Shown piece by piece: positions 23,653 through 31,176 of a stretch of DNA of 31,275 bases. The stretch covers positions 1-31,275 of IMG/VR virus record IMGVR_UViG_3300030060_002742. One strand, written 5' to 3'. A program made the translations under genes and the position numbers. Source of the stretch: a virus. The notes under the pieces are model-generated. The model ran no database searches and was not told where the DNA came from. It saw nothing but the letters and a program-made list of their open reading frames with translations. Every line of letters starts with the position of its first letter. Within the stretch, counting starts at the first letter, position 1.

Positions 23653-23706
23653 AAACGCTGTAAACGATGTAAACGCAACTATCAAACGTATCAAACGTAT
23701 CAAATA
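23653..23706. repeat. 9-bp-phased AAACG array: TGTAAACG x2 (+AAACG) then TATCAAACG x2 + TATCAAATA
   Basis: AAACG motifs start at 23653, 23662, 23671, 23684 and 23693, with a decayed copy at 23702. The array lies in a 177-bp non-coding gap. Confidence 0.8.
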
Positions 23707-23756
23707 AAGGTATTTTTTAACAAATGTCGCATAAAAAACAACAAAAAGGAGCTAAA

Positions 23757-23840
23757 ATGCAAGAAATCGTAGATACGGACAAAGAACGCAAGGAATTTGA
23801 AGGACTGAAAAAAATGATGGAGAAAATGAATGGAAGATAA
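23757..23840 (+). CDS. 27-aa mini-ORF MQEIVDTDKERKEFEGLKKMMEKMNGR
   Basis: Near-ideal AAGGAG RBS with a 5-nt spacer. It overlaps the next ORF start by 11 nt. Very short, so uncertain. Confidence 0.3.
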   Translation: MQEIVDTDKERKEFEGLKKMMEKMNGR

Positions 23841-24288
23841 AGATTTTGAATATTATGAACAATATGATGCTGATTGTAATCCTATACATTTAATCTGGAA
23901 TTGTCGAATTACTGACAGAGAAAGACTAAAACATCCTTTTGTTGGAATGTGCGGATGGAAGTTTAAGGATACAGATGATCTTACAAAAAAGGTACATCCA
24001 CATCAGCATTTCATCATTCATGCAGTTGCTAATGATATGGTTATTATTCGTTTGTTTAGCTGGTTGGATGGTACTCCTACACACATGGAAGCATATCCAC
24101 TAGAGGACATAAAGAAATGGCATCTTTTTACTAATAACAAGGACATGAACGAAAGTTATTACCATGACTTTCCTACAGGATCTATGACTGGTCTAGACAA
24201 AAATAAGAAAAAACAAACTAAAAAAACTAACTACACTTTGGCAGAAATATCCAAGATGTTTGAAAAAAAAATAGATGCAAAACTTTAA
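23830..24288 (+). CDS. Hypothetical protein (152 aa)
   Basis: GGAG lies 7 nt upstream. AT-rich ORFan with no motif recognised. Confidence 0.55.
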   Translation: MEDKDFEYYEQYDADCNPIHLIWNCRITDRERLKHPFVGMCGWKFKDTDDLTKKVHPHQHFIIHAVANDMVIIRLFSWLDGTPTHMEAYPLEDIKKWHLFTNNKDMNESYYHDFPTGSMTGLDKNKKKQTKKTNYTLAEISKMFEKKIDAKL

Positions 24289-24499
24289 ACAAATAATTTT
24301 TAGCAAAGAAGAATATGAGATGCTCTGTGAAATAATTGCAGTAAATTACAAGCATCCTCAGTACATTGATGGCAGCATTGTTTGCAATGGAGATCAATTA
24401 GAAACATGGAAGAATATAAACAAGAAAATTAGGGGTGAAGAATTTGCACCCCCCCTGGTAAAGATAGCAACAATAAATGGAGAAAAAGTAAATGGCTAG
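24275..24499 (+). CDS. Hypothetical protein (74 aa)
   Basis: Overlaps both neighbouring genes, by 14 nt and 8 nt. Contains a C7 tract at 24449-24455. Confidence 0.45.
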   Translation: MQNFKQIIFSKEEYEMLCEIIAVNYKHPQYIDGSIVCNGDQLETWKNINKKIRGEEFAPPLVKIATINGEKVNG

Positions 24500-24905
24500 T
24501 TTAAACAAAGTAACCTTGATCGGTAATGTAGGACGAGATGTAGAGATTAAGGTTTTTGACAATGGGGGTAAGATTGCCAAGTTTCCATTAGCGACGACGG
24601 AAAGTTACAAGAACAAATCGGGAGAGAAAGTAGAGAACACCACTTGGCATAACATTGTTATTCGTTCTGAGGGATTGTGTAGAATTGCTGAGATGTATGT
24701 TGGGAAAGGTTCTCAGATTTGTGTTGAAGGAAAGATTTCTGTGAGAGAATATTCAACTAAAGATGGCAACAAGGCAAAGCAGACGGAAATTGTTGTTGAT
24801 AGCTTTGGGGGTCAACTTATTCTTCTTTCTAGGAAAGATCCTAAACCTCAACAGTCTTTACAGAACTTAGGAAATTTTGATCAACAAATAACTACGGGGG
24901 TTTAA
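24492..24905 (+). CDS. ssb: Single-stranded DNA-binding protein (137 aa)
   Basis: LNKVTLIGNVGRDVEIK......AKFPLATTESYK.KSGEKVE.TTWHNIV......AEMYVGKGSQICVEGKI..REY is the canonical OB-fold SSB pattern. Confidence 0.9.
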   Translation: MASLNKVTLIGNVGRDVEIKVFDNGGKIAKFPLATTESYKNKSGEKVENTTWHNIVIRSEGLCRIAEMYVGKGSQICVEGKISVREYSTKDGNKAKQTEIVVDSFGGQLILLSRKDPKPQQSLQNLGNFDQQITTGV

Positions 24906-25303
24906 TGAAACGGGTTGGAGGTATAAAGGGCATTCGTCAGATTACCCGAAGGATTAAGGGTTCTAATGTTATTATGAATAACCGGGATCGGTTAGCTCAA
25001 GAACTTGTTGCTTTGGGAACTTCTGACATTACGGACATTATGACTTGGGATGATGAGGGAAATGTGGAGATAAAAGCCTCTAAGGACATAAAGCCTGAAG
25101 CATTGAGGTCTATTCGTAAGATAAGGGTATTGCCTGGTCAGGGCATTGAGGTTGAGTTGATTGACAAGGTTAGGGTGTTGCAGACACTTGCGAAAAGCGC
25201 AGGGTTATTGGAAAGCGAGAAACATGCGGATAGGCCAGCCGTGGTAGAGGTTCAGATGTTAGGCCCCGGTGATAATACTTTTAAGGAAAAGAAAAATGAC
25301 TAA
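24905..25303 (+). CDS. Terminase small subunit-like protein (132 aa)
   Basis: TAATG-coupled to ssb and directly upstream of the large terminase. The C-terminal ...IRKIRVLPGQGIEVELIDKVRVLQTLAKSAGLLE resembles the C-terminal half of Terminase_2-type small subunits. Confidence 0.55.
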   Translation: MKRVGGIKGIRQITRRIKGSNVIMNNRDRLAQELVALGTSDITDIMTWDDEGNVEIKASKDIKPEALRSIRKIRVLPGQGIEVELIDKVRVLQTLAKSAGLLESEKHADRPAVVEVQMLGPGDNTFKEKKND

Positions 25304-25460
25304 GAAATCAATTGTGGATCAATTTAGACTAAAACCGATTGCCCTAGAAAACAGAGCTAAAACTATGGGAAAAAGAAAGTATAGTTTAAATAAAATCAAG
25401 AAAGATTGTTTACGTTTTGAAAGATCGGTAGGTGTAAGAAATGACCCCCTTAAAACTTGA
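25296..25460 (+). CDS. Possible 54-aa basic ORF between the terminase genes
   Basis: The ATG overlaps the TerS stop region, and the ORF overlaps the TerL start by 20 nt. No motif recognised. It may be spurious. Confidence 0.25.
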   Translation: MTKKSIVDQFRLKPIALENRAKTMGKRKYSLNKIKKDCLRFERSVGVRNDPLKT

Positions 25461-26952
25461 TTTTAGATCCTCTCCCGTTATCTGGAAGTTTCTTAATAAT
25501 AATTCTTTTGTTCGGGCTTTAATGGGTCCAGTAGGATCGGGAAAGTCTTATGCCTGTTGCGCTGAATTGTTTAAACGAGCGGTAAGTCAAAAACCTTCTA
25601 AAAGAGATGGAATACGCTATTCACGGTTTGCGGTTGTAAGAAACTCTTATCCCATGCTGAAAACAACAACCTTGAAGACCTGGCTAGAATTATTTCCTGA
25701 AGATACCTGGGGGCCAGTTCGCTATGCACCACCAATTACTCATCATTTAAAATTACCTTCTAGAGAAGGAGCTGCCGGAGTAAACATGGAAGTAATATTT
25801 TTAGCTTTGGATCAGCCCAAAGACGTACGAAAGTTATTATCCTTGGAACTTACTGGTGCTTGGGTCAATGAAGCCAGAGAGCTTCCCAAGGCAGTAATTG
25901 ATGGACTTACGCACCGTGTTGGCCGTTATCCTTCCAAAGCCGATGGTGGACCAACTTGGCGAGGAATAATCTTGGATACAAACCCTATGGACAGCGATCA
26001 TTGGTATTTTAATCTAGCTGAAAAAGAAACCCCCAAAGGAGAATTTGCTTGGAAATTCTTTAGACAAAATGGTGGGGTTATGGAAATAGAAAGTAAGAAC
26101 GTACCGGCTGATAGTCCAGAAGCAAAAGGATTTATTTTTTCGGCTGGTAAATGGTGGGAAACAAATAGCAAGGCAGAGAATTTAGGCAATCTTCCTTCTG
26201 GATATTATGAGCAGCTTTTAGGGGGTAAGAAATTAGATTGGATTAGATGTTATGCTGAGGGTAAGTATGCATTTGTTCAGGAAGGTAAACCTGTCTGGTC
26301 GGAATATGATGATGATACGATGGTTGACGACCTTGTTGTTGAAGAACATATTCCAATACAAATTGGTTTGGACTTTGGATTAACCCCTGCTGCTGTTTTT
26401 GCTCAGAAAATGCCTAATGGACGGTGGCACATATTGCATGAACTTGTGACTTTTGACATGGGTCTAGAACGCTTTTGTCATATTTTAAAATCAGAAATAA
26501 ATAATAGATTTCCAAACATTAGCGTACAAATCTGGGGCGATCCTGCTGGTATGCAACGGGATCAAATCTTTGAAACAACGGCCTTTGACCATTTAAAAAC
26601 CCATAATTTATTGGCTAGACCTACGGCTACAAACGATTTCAAGGTACGAAGAGAAGCTTTAGCTGCTCCAATGGGAAGATTAATTGAGGGGAAGCCTGGG
26701 TTATTGGTTGATCGTAATTGTGTTCGTCTTAGAAAAGCTCTTTCTGGTGGCTATCATTTCAAAAGAATAGCGATTGGAGCCGGTCAAGAACGGTTTAAAG
26801 ATACGCCAAACAAAAATGAGCATTCACATATTGGCGACGCTGGGGGATATTGTTTGTTGGGAGGAGGAGAACATCGAAGAATAACCAGAGGAACGTCGCC
26901 ACAATTTAGACAACCTGTCCAAGCCAATATTGATTTTGATGTTTTTGCCTAG
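25441..26952 (+). CDS. terL: Terminase large subunit (503 aa)
   Basis: Walker A LMGPVGSGKSY, a Walker B-like LTGAWVNEA, and a C-terminal nuclease-region pattern (GLDFG..PAA.., WGDPAG, HIGDA). Confidence 0.9.
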   Translation: MTPLKLDFRSSPVIWKFLNNNSFVRALMGPVGSGKSYACCAELFKRAVSQKPSKRDGIRYSRFAVVRNSYPMLKTTTLKTWLELFPEDTWGPVRYAPPITHHLKLPSREGAAGVNMEVIFLALDQPKDVRKLLSLELTGAWVNEARELPKAVIDGLTHRVGRYPSKADGGPTWRGIILDTNPMDSDHWYFNLAEKETPKGEFAWKFFRQNGGVMEIESKNVPADSPEAKGFIFSAGKWWETNSKAENLGNLPSGYYEQLLGGKKLDWIRCYAEGKYAFVQEGKPVWSEYDDDTMVDDLVVEEHIPIQIGLDFGLTPAAVFAQKMPNGRWHILHELVTFDMGLERFCHILKSEINNRFPNISVQIWGDPAGMQRDQIFETTAFDHLKTHNLLARPTATNDFKVRREALAAPMGRLIEGKPGLLVDRNCVRLRKALSGGYHFKRIAIGAGQERFKDTPNKNEHSHIGDAGGYCLLGGGEHRRITRGTSPQFRQPVQANIDFDVFA

Positions 26953-26968
26953 AGATTTAGAGAAAGCT

Positions 26969-27421
26969 ATGAAAATGGACGGCATATTTAGCCGGTTAGT
27001 CCCTTTTGATCCCTTTCATCTTACCTTAATGGAATATAGACCCCTCGATGAAGCTGTCCTTTCGGCCAATTTAGACTTCATGGTAACGGATGGTTTGTCC
27101 TTTTCAGCCTTTCATAGAAACAACTGCATCCTTTGTTTTGGCATACAACCCATTTGGAAAGGCAACGCTGAGATTTGGATGCTTGTGAATAAAAATATTG
27201 GACAGGATCGGTTTGTTTTTCATAAGGCAGCCAAGCGATTATTCCCCTTTATTGGCAAATGTTTACAACTCGTTCGCTTACAATGCCATGTCTGTTCAGA
27301 GAATGTTCAGGCTACCAAATGGATTGAGAAAATGGTATTTAATCAGGAAGGTTTATTAAAGCATTACGGGCCAGAGGGACGGGATTACTTCATGTATGCA
27401 AGATACTTCAAGGGGGAATAG
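26969..27421 (+). CDS. GNAT-fold acetyltransferase-like protein (150 aa from the ATG at 26969)
   Basis: The C-terminal LVRLQCHVCSENVQATKWIEKMVFNQEGLLKHYGPEGRDYFMYARY resembles the acetyl-CoA-binding beta4-alpha3/alpha4 region of GNATs. The track start at 26930 is a TTG inside terL. Confidence 0.5.
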   Translation: MKMDGIFSRLVPFDPFHLTLMEYRPLDEAVLSANLDFMVTDGLSFSAFHRNNCILCFGIQPIWKGNAEIWMLVNKNIGQDRFVFHKAAKRLFPFIGKCLQLVRLQCHVCSENVQATKWIEKMVFNQEGLLKHYGPEGRDYFMYARYFKGE

Positions 27422-27423
27422 GC

Positions 27424-28248
27424 ATGGGTGGAAATGCAGCATCAGAGATAACCAAAGATATTACGGTTGGTCCAAAGCAAGGACCATCTAAACCTAAAAC
27501 AAGTTTTAAGAATGTTGTTGGAGCAGAAAGTTTTGATTATGGAAAAGCTCTAGGGACTAACATGTCTTTGATAGCAAGTGTTCCGAAAGAAAACAAACCC
27601 AATCGAGGTGACAACTTAGAAGATAATTATACTAATAGAACTAGGGCGAACTACGGTACAAAAGGAATTACAAGCCATAAGCAAATCGATGCGTTGGCTG
27701 CTCAAGGAATAAAATTTGTCAATGATGGGTTTGGGACGATTGGATATATCAATGATGAGGGTAACTTTGTTCCTGTTTCTTACAGTGCCAGTAGACGGGT
27801 AAACGTAATTGGAGCTGGTGCTACGGACGAAGATTTACAAAAGATTATCGATCAAATGTCTGGAAATAACGGTCAAACTACTACGGAGACTGGAAATGCT
27901 TTGTCTATGGCAGAAAGTACGTCTGCTGATACCTTACAATCCTCTCAAACTGGCGTAAAAATTTCGGATGCTGCTAAACAACAGGCAAGTGCTTTAGGGC
28001 TAGAGCTTGTGAACACCGATACAATTCAAGGCAGTTCAGCAGCCGATACTCTCCAGAAAAAACAACAGGCATTACTTGAAGCAGAAAGACGACAACAAAT
28101 CAGAAGATTGATTGCCAGAAACCGACGAGCAAGGTTTGGGGGTTCCAGGTTATTAATGTCAGCAGCAAGGGAGAACCCAAGTGTAGGAATTGCTCAAACC
28201 CAAAGTTCACTAAGTCCAAGAACAAACCCAAGGGATACTTATGGCTAA
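27424..28248 (+). CDS. Hypothetical virion-module protein (274 aa), Gln/Arg-rich C-terminus
   Basis: Long ORF between the GNAT-like and portal genes, overlapping the portal start by 8 nt. No motif recognised. Confidence 0.55.
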   Translation: MGGNAASEITKDITVGPKQGPSKPKTSFKNVVGAESFDYGKALGTNMSLIASVPKENKPNRGDNLEDNYTNRTRANYGTKGITSHKQIDALAAQGIKFVNDGFGTIGYINDEGNFVPVSYSASRRVNVIGAGATDEDLQKIIDQMSGNNGQTTTETGNALSMAESTSADTLQSSQTGVKISDAAKQQASALGLELVNTDTIQGSSAADTLQKKQQALLEAERRQQIRRLIARNRRARFGGSRLLMSAARENPSVGIAQTQSSLSPRTNPRDTYG

Positions 28249-29812
28249 ACTTTCACCAACAGAAGTAAAAAAAAGATACGATAAAACCAATACGCATAAA
28301 CGCCAGTGGAGAGCAGTCTACGAAGATGCGTATCGATACGCTTTACCCATGAGAAACTTGTATGACGGTTATTACGAAAGCGCACCTGGTCAAGATAAAA
28401 TGTCGAGGGTTTTTGACAGTACTGCAATCCAATCTACTCAAAGATTTGCCAATCGGTTACAATCAGGCGTGTTTCCACCCCAAAGAAACTGGTGTCGATT
28501 GACCCCTGGTGAAGATATACCCAAAGAACAACATACAGAAGTACAAACGATTTTGGATAACTATTCCGAAAGGATGTTTTCTATCTTACGTCAGAGTGCT
28601 TTCGATCAGGCTATGGGCGAGTTTTTACTTGAACTAGCGGTGGGTACGGCTGTGATGTTGATACAACCTGGGGATGATGTTACGCCTATTCGATTTACTT
28701 CTGTGCCTACATTTTTGGTTTCTTTTGAGGAAGGACCGTTTGGAACCGTTGATAAGGTCTACAGAAGAATAAGACGGCCGTTCAGAGTATTAGAATTGGA
28801 GTATCCAGACGTAAAAATTCCTGAAGAACTTAAGCAAAAATTTTCAGGGGATGACAGTGAAAACATTGATTTGATTGAAGCAACCTATTTTAACAAAGAG
28901 GACGGTAATTATTATTACCAAATTGTTGATGAGATGGGGCAGTATGAACTAGTTTTTAGGGAGCTATCTTCGTTTCCTTGGGTTATTGCACGATACATGA
29001 AAGCCTCCAATGAAATTTATGGCCGTGGACCCGTATTAACGGCATTGCCGGATATTAAATCCTTAAATCGATCTATTGAACTTACCCTGAAAAACGCCAG
29101 CCTGTCGATTGGAGGGGTATTCACGGCAGCAGATGATGGGGTTCTAAACCCTTCTACAGTACAAATTCTCCCAGGTGCTATCATTCCTGTTGCTCGTAAT
29201 GGGGGTCCACAAGGAGAGAGTTTACGCCCTTTACCTCGTTCTGGTGACCCCCAACTTTCACAGATTGTAGCTAATGATTTAAGGCAATCAATTAAAAGAA
29301 TTATGCTTGATGAAAGCTTAACGCCTGACAATATGTCGGCTCGTTCTGCAACAGAAATAAGTGCAAAACTTTCTGAACTTTCACAAAATTTAGGCTCGGC
29401 ATTTGGCAGATTAATTAATGAAACCATGTACCCTGTTGTTCGAAGAACATTAGAGATTATGGACGAGCGTGGAATGATCCGTCTTCCGTTAAAAATAAAT
29501 GGTGTTCAAGTAAAAATTGTACCCTCGGCTCCACTTGCCCAAGCTCAAAACATGGAACGGGTGTCTGAAGTTTTACAGTTTGCACAAATCGTGCAACAAA
29601 CACCAATAGGTCAGTTTGTTTTAAAACAAGATGCTTTTCTTGATTACCTAGCTAAATCGATGGCAGTGCCTAGTGAAATAATAACAACACCTATGGAGAG
29701 AATGGAGTTGCAAAAACAAGCAATGGCTATGGCTCAAGCACAGGCACAGGGACAAGGACAACCAATGGAGCAGCAACCAAATGAAGCAACAGCAGAAGAA
29801 ACCGTCAATTAA
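28241..29812 (+). CDS. Portal (head-to-tail connector) protein, podovirus type (523 aa)
   Basis: Size, position downstream of the terminase, an N-terminal RYDK....R.W...YEDAYRYALP pattern and an acidic/Gln-rich C-terminal tail. Confidence 0.85.
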   Translation: MAKLSPTEVKKRYDKTNTHKRQWRAVYEDAYRYALPMRNLYDGYYESAPGQDKMSRVFDSTAIQSTQRFANRLQSGVFPPQRNWCRLTPGEDIPKEQHTEVQTILDNYSERMFSILRQSAFDQAMGEFLLELAVGTAVMLIQPGDDVTPIRFTSVPTFLVSFEEGPFGTVDKVYRRIRRPFRVLELEYPDVKIPEELKQKFSGDDSENIDLIEATYFNKEDGNYYYQIVDEMGQYELVFRELSSFPWVIARYMKASNEIYGRGPVLTALPDIKSLNRSIELTLKNASLSIGGVFTAADDGVLNPSTVQILPGAIIPVARNGGPQGESLRPLPRSGDPQLSQIVANDLRQSIKRIMLDESLTPDNMSARSATEISAKLSELSQNLGSAFGRLINETMYPVVRRTLEIMDERGMIRLPLKINGVQVKIVPSAPLAQAQNMERVSEVLQFAQIVQQTPIGQFVLKQDAFLDYLAKSMAVPSEIITTPMERMELQKQAMAMAQAQAQGQGQPMEQQPNEATAEETVN

Positions 29813-30065
29813 CCAACCAGGATGGGAAGGACTTGACGCTGTTTTTAGTGATGAAGTGCAACAATCGACACAACAGGACAAAGAGTTTTTAGATGCTTTT
29901 TCGACTAAATCCGGGCAGAAAGTTCTTCATGATTTGGAAAAAAGATTTTTACAGCAACCTTCGTGGGTTCCTGGGAGTAATGAACATTATGGCTACTACC
30001 GTGAGGGGCAAAATTCCGTAGTGAACTATATGAAAAATAAAATGAGGAGAGCATTAAATGGCTGA
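29781..30065 (+). CDS. Small head-morphogenesis-region protein (94 aa)
   Basis: Sits between portal and scaffold. G.KVLHDL...YYREGQNSVVNYM is reminiscent, from memory, of small Bbp19-like proteins found at this position in some podoviruses. The start is uncertain because it overlaps the portal gene by 32 nt. Confidence 0.45.
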   Translation: MKQQQKKPSINQPGWEGLDAVFSDEVQQSTQQDKEFLDAFSTKSGQKVLHDLEKRFLQQPSWVPGSNEHYGYYREGQNSVVNYMKNKMRRALNG

Positions 30066-30852
30066 AGAAGAAAAGTTAGAAGAAGAGAAAGTGGAGGAAA
30101 CAGCAACAGAAGAAAAACCACAGGGGTTGATGGCTGAAGCAAAAAAAGAAGAAGAAAAAATAGAAGATGAAGAAATAAATCACGACGTTAAGGAAGCAGA
30201 ATTAAAAAAACCTGATTATCTCCCTGAGGAATACTGGGATGAGGAGAACGGAACTAAACTTGAGGCGTTGATGGACGCATTTACAAAACAGGAAAAAAGC
30301 TATCAGGAACTTCGCAAAAAGATGTCTCGGGGAGATCATAAGCCTCCTGAAAAGTATACATGGGAAAACCTTGGAGAAGTTGATCCAGATGATGCTTTAC
30401 TTGGAACCTATACGGAATGGGCCAAGGAGAATGGCATTACTCAAGATGCTTTTGATAAATTGGGTCAGGCATTTACAGAATATCAGAATAATTTTGTTAA
30501 AGATGCTGAGATGGACCTTGAAAAAGAACGTCAACTATTGGGAAAGAATGCAAATGAAATCATTAATAGCAATGTGGAATGGGGTCGTGGGTTGGTTGCC
30601 AAGGGTGTTTTCACGGAAGCAGACTACGACCAACTCGAAATCCTTGGGGGATCAGCCAAAGGCCAAAGGGTTATCCAGAAAATCAGGGGCATCACAGGGG
30701 AAAAGGAAATCCCCATTGCGTCAATCGAGGGCGAAGCACCAGACCAAGAAGAACTTATGATGATGGTTCAGGATGCCAGATACCAAAATGATCCGACCTA
30801 CCGTAAGAAAGTAGAGAAGATGTATCAGGAAGCCTATTCCAATTCATATTAG
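30058..30852 (+). CDS. Scaffolding protein (264 aa)
   Basis: Highly acidic Glu/Lys-rich N-terminus with helical character. Located between the portal and capsid genes. Confidence 0.65.
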   Translation: MAEEEKLEEEKVEETATEEKPQGLMAEAKKEEEKIEDEEINHDVKEAELKKPDYLPEEYWDEENGTKLEALMDAFTKQEKSYQELRKKMSRGDHKPPEKYTWENLGEVDPDDALLGTYTEWAKENGITQDAFDKLGQAFTEYQNNFVKDAEMDLEKERQLLGKNANEIINSNVEWGRGLVAKGVFTEADYDQLEILGGSAKGQRVIQKIRGITGEKEIPIASIEGEAPDQEELMMMVQDARYQNDPTYRKKVEKMYQEAYSNSY

Positions 30853-31049
30853 CTAGATGTATTCTCTTGGTTTTGAACAATAGAGGGGTCTCCAAAATTC
30901 TTATCAATCCACCACATTGGGATCTGTATACTTCTACCAATTCTTACGACAGGTATTAACTCAGCATCTATATCCCTTAAAACTTTGCTATATGAGTAAC
31001 CTGTTTTCTTTGCATACTCTTTGGGCTTAAGGCTTATTCTTTCTGTCAT
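30849..31049 (-). CDS. Excisionase/AlpA-type (HTH_17, MerR-like) DNA-binding protein, 66 aa from the ATG at 31049
   Basis: LKPKEYAKKTGYSYSKVLRDIDAELIPVVRIGRSIQIPMWWI is the excisionase-family HTH pattern. AAGGAG RBS lies 7 nt upstream of the ATG at 31049, whereas the track start at 31097 is a GTG. The stop overlaps the scaffold stop convergently. Confidence 0.7.
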   Translation of the reverse strand: MTERISLKPKEYAKKTGYSYSKVLRDIDAELIPVVRIGRSIQIPMWWIDKNFGDPSIVQNQENTSS

Positions 31050-31074
31050 TCGGTTACTCCTTCTATTAAAAAGT

Positions 31075-31104
31075 TTGACGTTCGTTCTATCTGACACTCA
31101 TAAT
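31075..31104 (+). promoter_or_regulatory. Candidate rightward promoter TTGACG-N18-CATAAT pointing toward the capsid gene
   Basis: Hexamers at 31075-31080 and 31099-31104. The -10 overlaps the -10 of the opposing xis-like promoter. Confidence 0.3.
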
Positions 31105-31127
31105 AACACTTATTGTAGGTAATTCAA
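31100..31127 (-). promoter_or_regulatory. Candidate promoter for the xis-like gene (TTGAAT-N16-TATTAT)
   Basis: On the minus strand the -35 is at 31127-31122, inside the palindrome, and the -10 is at 31105-31100, about 50 nt upstream of the ATG. Confidence 0.35.
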
Positions 31128-31136
31128 TTACCCACA
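31114..31136. promoter_or_regulatory. 23-bp near-perfect palindrome TGTAGGTAATT-C-AATTACCCACA (perfect core GGTAATTCAATTACC, 31118-31132)
   Basis: 10 of 11 arm positions are complementary. It overlaps the -35 of the candidate xis-like promoter. Confidence 0.6.
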
Positions 31137-31176
31137 ACACGGAACAAGGATAAAAATATGCCCATTCCAATATATT

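Noticed and set aside
30371-30791. Alternative-frame ORFs (129 aa and 70 aa) inside the scaffold gene
   Set aside because: They are Arg/Lys/Gly-rich frame-shifted readings of a Glu/Lys-rich gene. There is no RBS or slippery site to suggest programmed frameshifting.
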